Positions 10,616 through 21,614 of a stretch of DNA of 64,000 nt are shown here, piece after piece. The notes under the pieces are model-generated. The model made no database searches, had not been told where the DNA came from, and saw only the letters and a program-made list of their open reading frames with translations. Positions within the stretch are counted from its first letter, which is position 1, and each line of letters starts with the position of its first letter. The DNA is taken from the NCBI GenBank assembly GCA_020184695.1, contig JAANOX010000050.1, positions 111,105-175,104 of the forward strand, read 5' to 3'. The stretch comes from Histomonas meleagridis 2922-C6/04-290x (lineage: Eukaryota; Protista; Parabasalia). A program made the translations under genes and the position numbers.

Positions 10616-13522
10616 TTAAACCTTAACTTTTAATAACTGTATCAATTGCATAATTTCATTATTCCCTTTATATCTTTCACCAATTTCCTCAATAAACTTA
10701 TTAATCGGGCAATTCATATTAATAGTTTTCCAGTCGTCGCCAGACGGCAACAACAAAAACGACTGAATAATAATCACAACGAGTCTCTCATTTGCGTTTT
10801 CACTCAGCGCGACTTCTATTTCCTTGGACACGGCCTCTTGCACAATCTCATTCATTCTCAAGTACGGCGCGACAGCCGCGAAAAACCTCACAGTGATATA
10901 CAGAAACGGCGGCGGCGCGCAGTCGAAGAAGCGCGAAATCGCAGCGACGTTCATCGACACGGCCATTATCCGGGCCATCTCAGGCGTCTGCACCAAGACG
11001 ACCGCCAAACTCAGTGCACGCGAAGCGACTAAAGTGTCATCTGATTGCAACATTTTCGACGTCGCATCAGGAACAATCGTTTTATCGATCCATTTCGAGT
11101 ACAAAGCGAAAGGTAACAACGTCACTAATATACATGACGCGATTTGTTCTGATTCGAAATCGCTCAAATATTTAATTAACGTCGTCGTTTCGCTTAAGTT
11201 ACGCTTTAACATTCCGCGTGGGAACTCGATCTTTAATGAAGCTTTAGCGGCGAGTTCGAATTCGGAAGAAGCGACTGCTAATGTAATTAATCGGATGATG
11301 TTATATTGAAGAAATGTTTCCTTCAAATTTTCATATTTTAATAGTTTTAATATTAATAATAATGAATTAATCGGATAACGATTTATAATTTGTGGTAATA
11401 AATATTCCGAAAACTTTTTCGCAAAGTTTGCGCTCTTACAATATGATAATACTGTCGACATATATCCTTCTTTAGCAAGTTTAATGAATATTAGACATTC
11501 AGGATCGAAGTCGACTTTTTTAGGGTCTAAACGTCGAATGATTGAATCGATTAAACTTAATGAATCAGAATTCGACTTTTCGATGAATAACAATAACAAA
11601 TTACAATGTTTCTCTAATGTAATTGTATCGAATGATAACATTAAATTTAAAGCTTTCACATAATACACGTTATTTTTGGAGACATATTTGAAGATTAACA
11701 TTCGAATTTGTGGTATTTTAATGATTGATTCTGCTGCATATGAAGAAATTTCATATGATTTATCAGAACAAAATTCTAAAATTCGTTTTGCGTCATTTAA
11801 TGAATTAGAATGAATTGATAACAAAAATGAAATTGCCAATTTCGAATCAACTTGTTTTAATAATTCATTTGCGAATTCATTATATTCATTATCATTTAAC
11901 GCGCGACATTTTTCTTGTATTTTCGGTTGGATCTTTGGTATATATTTTGATAAATTAATATATAATATTAAACTATATATCGAAAATTGTTTTGTTTTCT
12001 TTAATTCTTTTATCAAAAAATTCTTAGCAATAGTTTTAAGTTTCGGATTATCAGAATCAGTATATACATTCATTATAATCTCGAGTGAATTATCATCAAT
12101 TATTTCTTTGGTAGTGATCTCAATTAATTGTTCTGTCGTCATATATAAAATCCCTTTTAATGCATTCGAATGATCTTTCGAAGTTAAGTTATAATAATTA
12201 TTAAATTCTTCGATGTTTGTTCCTTTAAATATTAACTTCTCCGATTGTATAAGATTTATAATGTCATTAGAAGTCGGACGATTTTTAGGGTCACGTGACC
12301 AACCACAATTAAAGAAATTAATTAATGAAATGTCATATAACTTCGGCCGAATATCTTTCTCAAGAATTAAATGTTTTAAATAATTATTCGATAAGTTCGA
12401 AAATGGTTTTTCTTGCATTAATATCTCCCATACTAAAATAGTAAATGAATAAATATCAAGAGAATTATCATTATAAAGTGGATCGAGAATTACTTCAGGT
12501 GATATATACGTTGAAAAGTTTATCGATTTCAGAGGCTTATCGTTCTTATGAGTGGAATACCAAAAGCCGCCGATTTTAGCATTCAAGTTTTTGTCTAAAT
12601 ATATTACGTCTGAAGAAATGTTTCGATGAATGATTTTATGTAAATGCAAAAATTCAATTCCACGAATGATATCTAATACAATAATAGACTTTTGTGTGGT
12701 GGTCAATGGACTCTTTTGATCTTGAAGTTTGTCTTTTAATGTGCCGTTCTCACAATATTCATATAATAAACTTTGAAATGTAGTCGATGATGATTTCAAA
12801 TGTAATATGTTTAAATGACCCGAATTATTAAGGATTTGGACATAGTTATTAAAGTAATTGATGTCATTGTCAGGATTAAATATTTCAAGTTGATAATATT
12901 TGTCATTTTTGGTCGCAAGAAAAATTGTAGAAAATTCGGATTTATAAAGTAATCGATTAGTATGAAGTGTGTTGGGCTCGAAAAGTTCAATATCTTTTTC
13001 ATATTTGTTGATTTCGGCAATCTGATTGGCAAAATTTTGATTATTATACTTTTTGTGTATTAAGGAAAGATCACTTTGATGGGCTACAAATAATAAAGTA
13101 GGTGATAAAAATTCATCTGTTTTAAAATATTGTAAGATTTTCATGGAATTAAACCAAAAATTAAAAAATTTCTTGTATATGGTATCAAAATTGTTTTCTG
13201 ATAAGACTTTGAGATGAAGCGATTCAGAACATGAATGACATAAAGATGCTAAATCTGTAATGTTTTGATTTAAATCTTCAATTAAATTTGAAAATTTATA
13301 ATCAACTGATTTATTAAGCCTACCATCAAGGCATTTTTTAACAGTATCCATAAAGTTCGATGCTACTTTAAATTTATTTGAATGAATTATTGCAATTGAA
13401 CATTGCGTTTGATAATATTTAATATTTTCATAAAGCTGATCGGTATAAGTATAAACTAACACTGAGCTTGATGATAATTTTAAAGAAGAAAGATTAGAAA
13501 GCAATTCTGAAACAGTAAGCAT
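10616..13522 (-). CDS. Pseudokinase (TKL-like fold) with a long helical/ARM-like C-terminus
   Basis: LYEYCENGTL, RGIEFLHLHKIIHRNISS, KIGGFW, YISPEV, DIYSFTILVWEIL. First ATG at 13522. Confidence 0.85.
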   Translation of the reverse strand: MLTVSELLSNLSSLKLSSSSVLVYTYTDQLYENIKYYQTQCSIAIIHSNKFKVASNFMDTVKKCLDGRLNKSVDYKFSNLIEDLNQNITDLASLCHSCSESLHLKVLSENNFDTIYKKFFNFWFNSMKILQYFKTDEFLSPTLLFVAHQSDLSLIHKKYNNQNFANQIAEINKYEKDIELFEPNTLHTNRLLYKSEFSTIFLATKNDKYYQLEIFNPDNDINYFNNYVQILNNSGHLNILHLKSSSTTFQSLLYEYCENGTLKDKLQDQKSPLTTTQKSIIVLDIIRGIEFLHLHKIIHRNISSDVIYLDKNLNAKIGGFWYSTHKNDKPLKSINFSTYISPEVILDPLYNDNSLDIYSFTILVWEILMQEKPFSNLSNNYLKHLILEKDIRPKLYDISLINFFNCGWSRDPKNRPTSNDIINLIQSEKLIFKGTNIEEFNNYYNLTSKDHSNALKGILYMTTEQLIEITTKEIIDDNSLEIIMNVYTDSDNPKLKTIAKNFLIKELKKTKQFSIYSLILYINLSKYIPKIQPKIQEKCRALNDNEYNEFANELLKQVDSKLAISFLLSIHSNSLNDAKRILEFCSDKSYEISSYAAESIIKIPQIRMLIFKYVSKNNVYYVKALNLMLSFDTITLEKHCNLLLLFIEKSNSDSLSLIDSIIRRLDPKKVDFDPECLIFIKLAKEGYMSTVLSYCKSANFAKKFSEYLLPQIINRYPINSLLLILKLLKYENLKETFLQYNIIRLITLAVASSEFELAAKASLKIEFPRGMLKRNLSETTTLIKYLSDFESEQIASCILVTLLPFALYSKWIDKTIVPDATSKMLQSDDTLVASRALSLAVVLVQTPEMARIMAVSMNVAAISRFFDCAPPPFLYITVRFFAAVAPYLRMNEIVQEAVSKEIEVALSENANERLVVIIIQSFLLLPSGDDWKTINMNCPINKFIEEIGERYKGNNEIMQLIQLLKVKV

Positions 13523-14021
13523 TTTATGGTGAGGGTGCTCCAAAAAATAAACTACACAAATATGTTTTCTTTTTTTTTGCTTAGAGCACTTTTCAATAAT
13601 CACTTGAATTTCTACACGTCATATGATGATTGATATCAATCGAAAGCGGATTTCTTTTAAATTTAGGAATAAAGTTCTTATGAGGAAAATGTTTGACTTC
13701 AACTTTATGTTCAAAAAATTATTTTGTTGATAGAATCAATTTTGAAAATGAAAAATCTTTTACATAATAAGAGTTGTGCAAACAGAAGGTTTCACAATTA
13801 AAATTTTTATTAGCGTATAGGAATTTATTGAAAGATAGGTACGATTTATTCCACTGTGGAATTTTTAAAAATTTCTATTTTAGTTTTCATCAATATTAAA
13901 TCAATTTTGATCGTAAATTCGACGATAGCATATTGAAATTTTTATGCATTTTGTAAATAACAAAAAAATTTTAAATTAGTTTTAAAATAAAAAATATACA
14001 AAATAAAGAAAATGCAAACTT

Positions 14022-15662
14022 TTATTCTTCTTCGTCATTGTGTTGATCTTCTGCAGATAAGAATACAACAATTACTGATATATTATCTTCCGAACTTAGC
14101 TCAAATGCGCGGTCTCTTATCTTTCTTGCTGCCTCCAGCGGGTCTATTTCGGATGCTATGAGGTCCACAGCTTCTTGGTCTGACATTACATCCCAAACTC
14201 CGTCGCATGCGATAATCACAAATGCATCTTCACTTGTAATCTGAACCTCCTTAATGTGTGGTGTTGGGTTCACGCAATCTCCGAGGAATCCATCACCGAG
14301 AGCTCTACTTACTGCCAACATTCCTCCAAGTCGACCTTCTTTTACAATACCTCCCTTACTTTGGATATATTCCATCTCTTCGGGCAAGTCAGGTTTATCA
14401 TCTACGGTCAATCTCACGGCATTTCCATTATGCGACAATACGCAACGACTATCTCCAACATTCGCGACCGTTAACTTAGAACCGTCAACAACCGCAATTG
14501 CGGCGGTTGTGCCAACATAAACGCACCATGGCTTCATCTCGTTTTGGAGGACCTTGAACGAATCGGAGATTGCTGTGGTAAGAGGGGAGCCGCCATCGAC
14601 TCTATTTTTGATGTAGTTGGGTAAATTTTGTGCTACGTATTCAGATGCATCACGACCTCCATGTCCATCAAAAAGACCAAAGAAAACAGACGTATCAGTA
14701 GGAATGTTAGGGACTACGCAAGACACATCTTCCATTTGTGGTCGACGACCAACAGTTTCAGCACTTCCATATCGAGAATGTTCTGTATCTTGTACAGTTT
14801 CATTCGATTCGATCGATTTCGCTTTGGATTCGTTCTCAACAAACGTCTCAAACAGTGCAGTGCCCTTCGCGCGCTCTTTCTGACGCGCTTTCCCGTCCAA
14901 CATTTGACGTCCTTTGATTGATTTGAATACATCGAGTTTTGCTCGAAACTGCCTCTGGAACGGCGCACGCGCTATAGTGTCTGCGTACTCATAAACGACG
15001 GTGTTACGCGTTGTAGTTTCGGAACAAATGGCTTGAAGTTGTTGACCCAAATCGATATTCTTAATGTAAATATTTGTCGGAATAACTTTCTTCAATTCGT
15101 TGATGCAGCTGTTCGAGAGTTTGTTTGGCGATGCGCGGAATGTGCTCAAAATTCGAGAATATTGAAGTAAATCGATTATTGATTTGGATGCTGAATCATT
15201 GACATTACATGACTCCATTAATAAGGATGTAAGAGAAGGATGCCCAATCGCTGCTGAGATGATGACATCAGCGGATTCTTTGAAATCATTTTGACTGACA
15301 TCTAACTCTTTGATCGTGTCTGAATTAATTAACAATTCTGCTATAGCTTTGGCATGACGTGATTTAAGGCCGCATTTACGGAATGAGATTTTTGTAAGAT
15401 ATTGTGGAATTGATAAATGTGGTAAAATGCTTTCAATAAAATTGGGTCCTATCTTTTCCCCAGTAATAATAAGTGGGATTTCGGCTGAGGACTCAGGAAT
15501 TCTTTTAAGGGTTTCCCAGATGCTTTTTATGGTCTTGCCTAATTTTTTCTTGTTCTTTTGGATTTCGGGATTTGTGGTTTTAATGGATAACATGGCTTCG
15601 AAAAACATGCGTCCTTGCATGTTAACAATTGCAGATGATGGGCAGCTGGAGTCCTGTCCCAT
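14022..15662 (-). CDS. RNI-type LRR plus PP2C (PPM) phosphatase
   Basis: LRR: LTKISFRKCGL, IKELDVSQNDF. Intact PP2C motifs: RRPQMED, FGLFDGHGG, ANVGDSR, IIACDGVWD, DNISV. N-terminus MGQDSSC. Confidence 0.92.
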   Translation of the reverse strand: MGQDSSCPSSAIVNMQGRMFFEAMLSIKTTNPEIQKNKKKLGKTIKSIWETLKRIPESSAEIPLIITGEKIGPNFIESILPHLSIPQYLTKISFRKCGLKSRHAKAIAELLINSDTIKELDVSQNDFKESADVIISAAIGHPSLTSLLMESCNVNDSASKSIIDLLQYSRILSTFRASPNKLSNSCINELKKVIPTNIYIKNIDLGQQLQAICSETTTRNTVVYEYADTIARAPFQRQFRAKLDVFKSIKGRQMLDGKARQKERAKGTALFETFVENESKAKSIESNETVQDTEHSRYGSAETVGRRPQMEDVSCVVPNIPTDTSVFFGLFDGHGGRDASEYVAQNLPNYIKNRVDGGSPLTTAISDSFKVLQNEMKPWCVYVGTTAAIAVVDGSKLTVANVGDSRCVLSHNGNAVRLTVDDKPDLPEEMEYIQSKGGIVKEGRLGGMLAVSRALGDGFLGDCVNPTPHIKEVQITSEDAFVIIACDGVWDVMSDQEAVDLIASEIDPLEAARKIRDRAFELSSEDNISVIVVFLSAEDQHNDEEE

Positions 15663-16019
15663 AAAACAAATTTTGTCAAAACCGCCAAAAATTTCAATAA
15701 GAAAATAACGGCTATGGCGGTTAATTTAACGTCTTAATTGGTCTGTTTTAATACTGTTTTCGTTACATAAAATCTTTTTCTCTTTTCATCAATGCTCTTA
15801 GTAATAAAATCATAAATGTTATTGACATTATTATTTGTGTTAATATGATGGTAAATTGAAACCATATAAATGATATTTTTTTGTAGTAAATCATTTAGTT
15901 TTCAAAACGTACATATTATATTTTTCTGTTACGTCAAAAATTTTCATTTACATAAATTATTAATTAAGTTTTTTATAGATATGATTATAAATAAATATGA
16001 ACATTTAGATTTGTATGAA

Positions 16020-16800
16020 AATAATTAATTATCATACATAAAGCATACCAAAAATTAATTTCGTTCCAAAAAATAGGCGAAAATTTAAAGATTGTCTAGA
16101 TAAATCGATAATTTATTATGAAATAGTATAAGTAATTTCCAAATATATAAATTTGAAATATAAAATTATTAAAACAAATACAAAATAAAACGTATAAATC
16201 TCTTTATCATTAATATTAATTCCTTCTTGAAGTAATTTAACTAATTTTCTGTCTCACCACTTTCAGGTGCAGAAATAAATGCAGTTACAAATATTGAAAA
16301 AAAATTCCAAATATTATTTTGAAATAAAAAGTTTTTAAAATAAACATTAAATAAAACCATTAAATATCTTTAGTATCAACATCATATCCTTCCTGTTTAA
16401 GAAGCATTTTCATGATTTTTTATAGAATATTTTTTAATACATACATAAGTGCTGAAATAAGCAATAGTCATAATTTCCAAACATTATTTTAAAATATGAA
16501 ATGATAAAATTAGTCTCTAAATAAAATTAGAAAATAACTTTAATTATTATCAACATTGATCTTTTTTAATAAGACTTCTAATTAAATTTATATAGCTAAA
16601 CTTATTTGCATTAAATAATTAACAAAAATTCCAATTAATGCTTAGGAACATTAAATTAACAAAACTAATATTAAATATAATAAATTTCTGTCTTTAGCAT
16701 TAATATCAATGAAGAAATAATTGATCTTCTTTTTTTAAGAAATAATTCAACTATATAAGCTACCCGTAGCTAATATAACAGCATATATTGGAATGAATTG
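16020..16800 (-). pseudogene. Decayed ankyrin array with the same module and spacer unit
   Basis: Minus strand reads SALMYVLKNIL*KIMKMLLKQEGYDVDTKD (16455-16366), an exact 80-nt spacer (16365-16286) with the TTTCAAAATAATATTTGGAA core, then TAFISAPESGETE. Modules carry stops and indels. Confidence 0.85.
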
Positions 16801-17026
16801 CACCTTAATTTAAAGAAAAAACTTTAAAGTTAATGATATTTTATTATTTTTATGACAAAAAACATGTGTTCTTCTTAATAATTGAATATTTTGCATTAAA
16901 AATTTGTATTTTCAAACACACTAATTCCAATTGAAGGAACTAAATTCGGAGTTACTATATTTAAATATTCTTGAATTGGTTATTTTTTCACGAAATTATT
17001 CGAAGTGGATGTAAAAAATTTCAAAA

Positions 17027-18763
17027 ATGAAAAAATGCGAAACCGTTTATTCAAAAATAATGGACTTCAACACTTTCATTAACAACAACGTTATTTGTAT
17101 AAAAAAACTTATTTCAAGGGCTCCTACAGTCAGGCATCGTGCAGTACATCCAAGCTTTCTCCAAATCCTTCTCAGAATTTGTTATGATAAAGATAAAAAC
17201 TTATTAAGCGATCTAGGAAAACTCGAAGCATTTGACCACACATTTGGGTTTAACCTTAGTGAAACTTATTGCCTTATAATTCCATCAGAAATCGAAGTTG
17301 TTCAGAAAGCAATATCTTTATTCAAATCTTCAACAGCTAAACCCACAGTCGAAATATTTCTTTACCCTTATATGACGTCACCTGTTGCTGCTTATTTAAA
17401 CGAAACAATGCCATGTTCTAAAGCATCTCTTGTTTTATTTGGTGAATCTAAGATTCCAGAAGACAAAGATCCCATTAAATTCACGGATCTTGGGGTTGAT
17501 CTTCTTCCACTCGACAAAGATTTAGTCACAATGATCACACCGTCCTCCATGACTCGAATCTGGTCACTTAATGATCTTACAATTTTTTCCGAACTTCGGA
17601 ATGCAATCAATCGAATATTTGCCAAATTCGGCAGCCCTTCCAGTGTTATTTCCGTTGGACCTTTTTCCAAGCAATTTGCTGAACAAATAGAAAATGTCAA
17701 AAGTGATGGTAATTTCCAACTTGTAATTGTTGATCGTATGGTTGATCCCATTACCCCATTATTATCCTCTCTTAATTATGAGAGTCAAATTGCCGAATAT
17801 CTTGGAATTGAATATGGTCTAACATCTAACTTAGAATCCCATTCTCTTAACAAAAGTTATTATCTCCTATCAGCACAAGCAGACCACCTCATCGAAGATT
17901 TCCGTGTTCTCAACACGAGCGAGTTCAAGAGCGCCTTCAACAAAGTTAACGCTGAATTCAATGCGGCCCTTAACGGTCGCAGCGGCAACGACTTTGATTC
18001 GATTCGAACTGATGTCCGGGAAGCCAGTAACAGTAGCATTAAACACCAAAGTATTAGTGCCCATTACAAGTTAATCCATGCCATTGAGCATTTGAAGACT
18101 TGTGCCAAATGGCATGAAATTGAAGCAAATCAAATCAAAGTTTTACGGAAGGATTATACTGCTCTTAACTCCGTCTTACGCGATATGTTCGACCAATGCG
18201 CACCAATTGACCGAATTGTGAATGCGCTATCGTTATTATCAGTCATGAAAGGAGGCTTCGAAGAACTCGATGGTATCACAAAAGAGATGTACAGGAACTA
18301 TGGAATCCAAGTTATACCATATCTTATCCGGTTATCACATTTAGGGTTAATCTTGCCAAAACATCAGCAAAGTTTTTCATGGGACAAATTGTTTGATGTA
18401 ATGAATATGTTTAATCCAAACTGGAAGAACAAAGGCGACGACGCTGCCAGCGCGTTTGAAGAAGGCTTTGCGCCATTAATGGTCCGAATCATCGAACGAA
18501 TTCTGAAAAATGAAATTAATTTGTTAACTAAAGCTTTGAACAACGCGAAGTATAAAGTGGAGGTACAAGTTATAGGTAACCCGACGCCGAAGAAGTACTT
18601 AATATGTTTCATCGGAGGAGTAACTTATACAGAAGTCAATTTGCTAAGAAGAATCGCAAAGAAAATTGGAGTGGAAATCAACTTCTTGACAACAGAAATT
18701 TATAATAGAAAACAATTCTTCGACTCGATCGCATATGGAATCCCTGGTTTAGGAAACGAATAA
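17027..18763 (+). CDS. VPS33: Sec1/Munc18 family protein, Vps33-like
   Basis: DLLPLDKDLVTM, LVIVDRMVDPITPLLSSLNYE, CFIGGVTYTEVNLLR. Confidence 0.85.
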   Translation: MKKCETVYSKIMDFNTFINNNVICIKKLISRAPTVRHRAVHPSFLQILLRICYDKDKNLLSDLGKLEAFDHTFGFNLSETYCLIIPSEIEVVQKAISLFKSSTAKPTVEIFLYPYMTSPVAAYLNETMPCSKASLVLFGESKIPEDKDPIKFTDLGVDLLPLDKDLVTMITPSSMTRIWSLNDLTIFSELRNAINRIFAKFGSPSSVISVGPFSKQFAEQIENVKSDGNFQLVIVDRMVDPITPLLSSLNYESQIAEYLGIEYGLTSNLESHSLNKSYYLLSAQADHLIEDFRVLNTSEFKSAFNKVNAEFNAALNGRSGNDFDSIRTDVREASNSSIKHQSISAHYKLIHAIEHLKTCAKWHEIEANQIKVLRKDYTALNSVLRDMFDQCAPIDRIVNALSLLSVMKGGFEELDGITKEMYRNYGIQVIPYLIRLSHLGLILPKHQQSFSWDKLFDVMNMFNPNWKNKGDDAASAFEEGFAPLMVRIIERILKNEINLLTKALNNAKYKVEVQVIGNPTPKKYLICFIGGVTYTEVNLLRRIAKKIGVEINFLTTEIYNRKQFFDSIAYGIPGLGNE

Positions 18764-19567
18764 TTAAATAAAAAAAGATGTGAAGTGATGTAAAATATTG
18801 AAATTTTCTTTTTGTGAAAATTTTCATCGGCTTTTTTTCAAATATTTCGCTGTCATAAAATTAATGAAAGCGTTTGACTTAAATTACTGCTATGTTAGTA
18901 ATGAAGTTATTGAATGCTAATTTTCCATTTTCTTCTAAACTCATGATTTGCATCTCATGTTTCTCAAAAAAAGATTTTCAGCTTTATTTGGATTTCATGA
19001 AAAAAAAAATTGAAGAGAATGAGTTAAATAAAAGTAAATATAACATAATTAATATTTTCAGTAATTTCCTCCTTTGGGTTAATTCAAATGAATCACATTT
19101 CCTCCTTGCTAAGATGATAGAGTTTAAAATAAATCATTGTAAATTACAATGCAGATTTAAATTTATGTTCTGATTTTTCTCCTTTTATCAATAACTTATA
19201 CTTAAATAATGCTTATATGAATATAAAATATCTTATCGTATAATTATTTCTAAATTTTGAATCTCTGATTTAGTAAGGAATTTGAAATTTCGCAAATAAA
19301 CAGTTAAAATTTTGTTTAAAAATAATTGGTTTAATTGGAGGTGGAATTTTTATATATTTAGAATTGAATCAGTGAATTCTTGTGGTGTTTCACTTTTGGT
19401 ATTCCATGATAAAGAATCAAAGCCAAATTTTTCCATTTAGGGATTTTATAAACGGCCAAGAATTAACCAAAAATGCATTTTTGATATCAATTTACTTGAG
19501 CAATGTAATGTTAATTAACATTTTTTTTGTTTATAAACTGCGTCACTTTTTTACGTAAATTTACATT

Positions 19568-19960
19568 TTGTTTATGGGTGATATTCTAAGTCAAAAAAAT
19601 ATTTATAAAGAAAATCTTCAAATGTTAAAGTCTCTTGAAAACATTATATTTAATTTAAATGATGACAATATCATTGAATCCGTTGAATCTTCATTACCTT
19701 ATATTTCTATTACATTTTCATATTCATTTAATTTTATTGTTCGTAGAATTATTTATTTATATTTTTTAGCGAAAGGTTATTATTATCAAGTATGTTTTGA
19801 ATACTTACAAAAATTAGATATGAAAGAAAATGAAAATTTATTGATACGTCACTTATTTCAGCATCTGAAAAAGGTCATACAGAAATAGTTAAATTACTTC
19901 TTGAGCAAAAAGAAATTGATATTAATGCTAAAGATAAATTTTGTTTTAATAATTTAATAT
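19568..19960 (+). pseudogene. Internally deleted DUF3447-ankyrin gene remnant
   Basis: The N-terminus (LENIIFNLNDDNI..FSYSFNFIV) matches 2499 and 28698. It is joined out of frame to one module, TSLISASEKGHTEIVKLLLEQKEIDINAKD (19846-19935). Confidence 0.8.
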
Positions 19961-19970
19961 TTTAAAATGA

Positions 19971-20632
19971 TATAGGGTGTCCAACCCCAAGTGTAGCATT
20001 TCAGTGTATAAAAGAGATATAAAAAAATAAAAATAATTTTTGGATTGTTTATTAAATGTACTCTCCATTGGCATGTAATAGTAGTATACATATAGTATAC
20101 ATGTGTCAAATGATAATGATCTGTGCTTTTTGGAATGCCTGTGATGTTAGCTATATAGTGAATTGGTGCAAATGGTTCATCATCAAGTACATATAAAATT
20201 TTTCATTTATGATTTTAATGTTGTCGAAATCTATTGTGTCATTCAACTTCTTGAAGGTTTTTGATGTTCCATAATATCAAATATATTTTGTTATTGTTGA
20301 ATATGAAATACAATTATCTTGCATAAGCAAGCTTCATTTCTGTTTATATAGATTTTTTATTTTTCCCCTGCAAGTGTCAGAAAATTGCAATTGATTTCTG
20401 GAATGTTAATGTAAGTTTAACAAATTCCTATATATTTTTATGAATTAAAATTGTTACTTTAATTTCAGGTGATGAAGAAAAATATGACAACAAAGCAAGG
20501 ATTCGAATTTGTAATATGCTTTGAGTTTATTTATCTTCGTTATTATCATATCGATATATATTAAAAAATGTTTGAATGACATCAGTGATTGTCATGACCT
20601 AAATAATATAAAATGTTTTTGAACACATTATA
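19971..20632 (-). mobile_element. Degenerate, internally deleted Tc1/mariner-like element
   Basis: Minus-strand fragments DNCISYSTITKYI and ILYVLDDEPFAPIHYIANITGIPKSTDHYHLTH..CQWRVHL resemble mariner paired HTH domains. TIR-like TATAGGGTGTCCAA at 19971; degenerate counterpart TTGAACACATTATA at 20619-20632 (11/14 match). No catalytic domain. Confidence 0.55.
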
Positions 20633-20655
20633 ATTATATTTATAATTTATTTTAC

Positions 20656-21471
20656 TCAATCTTTCTTTTCTTGCTCTTCTTCAGGCTTGTACGTTTCCTT
20701 CCCATCCATAAATAAATCATAAACATATTGAAGAACTTTTTCTGCGTATAATTTGATCGTTGGTTGACTAAGGCTTGCCACAATTTCTTTAACATTTTGG
20801 TAGATGCCGCACCACAAGTGTTCGTGGCTCTTATTTGTAGCGAATCTGAAGAGGATATAGATCGTAAAGTATGTCATTGATCTGACAATGTAAACAAAAG
20901 GTTTTACTCTAACAAACGAAGGTGTAAAGATCGTCATGAGCTCAAATGCAAACAATAAGAAATCAAATGTGATCTTGAAAAATTTTGGTGTATTTGGATC
21001 TCGAATATCATGCATTTTTTCAAATATTCTAACAACTGTCTTTATCCACGGCATCGTATTTTGTGGATCTTCAACTTCACGAAGAAATTCTAAAAGTCGA
21101 TATAATGATATGGTTCCAATTACTAAAGGCCATGTAAATGGAGTTTCAAAGTGATAAAACAAGAAATTAGTGAAAATTAAATGGGCAGAATAATTGCTGA
21201 GAAAATTTTTATAAGTGATAACTTTTTGTGGATTTTTCATCTTGATTGATATATAACTAAGATATAACATAAATGCATGGAGTAGTGTGGATGTGTAAAT
21301 ATATAAGTTGATGCCTCTTGGTCTTTTAATTGAAATATAAAATCCAAGAAGCACTGAAACAACTGTTAAGAAATGAAATACCAGTAACATCTGTTGTGCT
21401 GTGTTTTTTTGAAAAAATCTTTTAACGATTGGATTTTGTTCATGTTGCACTGCTGTGTTCGTTTTATTCAT
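20656..21471 (-). CDS. Multi-pass membrane protein, possibly TMEM33/Pom33-like
   Basis: Several hydrophobic segments; FLSNYSAHLIF and YILFRFATN..HEHLW resemble the family pattern. Confidence 0.5.
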   Translation of the reverse strand: MNKTNTAVQHEQNPIVKRFFQKNTAQQMLLVFHFLTVVSVLLGFYISIKRPRGINLYIYTSTLLHAFMLYLSYISIKMKNPQKVITYKNFLSNYSAHLIFTNFLFYHFETPFTWPLVIGTISLYRLLEFLREVEDPQNTMPWIKTVVRIFEKMHDIRDPNTPKFFKITFDFLLFAFELMTIFTPSFVRVKPFVYIVRSMTYFTIYILFRFATNKSHEHLWCGIYQNVKEIVASLSQPTIKLYAEKVLQYVYDLFMDGKETYKPEEEQEKKD

Positions 21472-21614
21472 TGACAATTTCCAGTGAAAAAAATGCCAAA
21501 ATAATTCGAACGATCAAAATCAATTGAAATCGAGCAAAAATCAAAAGACACTTCAACGAAATATCTTAAAAATGAATTTAATTTTATTTAATTGGAAGTG
21601 ACTTTGCTGAGAAA

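Noticed and set aside
10646-11309. Antisense ORFs over GC-rich patches (also 14254-14921, 25484-26916, 40630-41572)
   Set aside because: These are shadows of real genes caused by few stops in GC-rich sequence; no motifs.
18890-19450. Short ORF 18892-19173 and minus-strand fragments
   Set aside because: No recognisable motif; the composition is compatible with a chance ORF or an unassignable relic.
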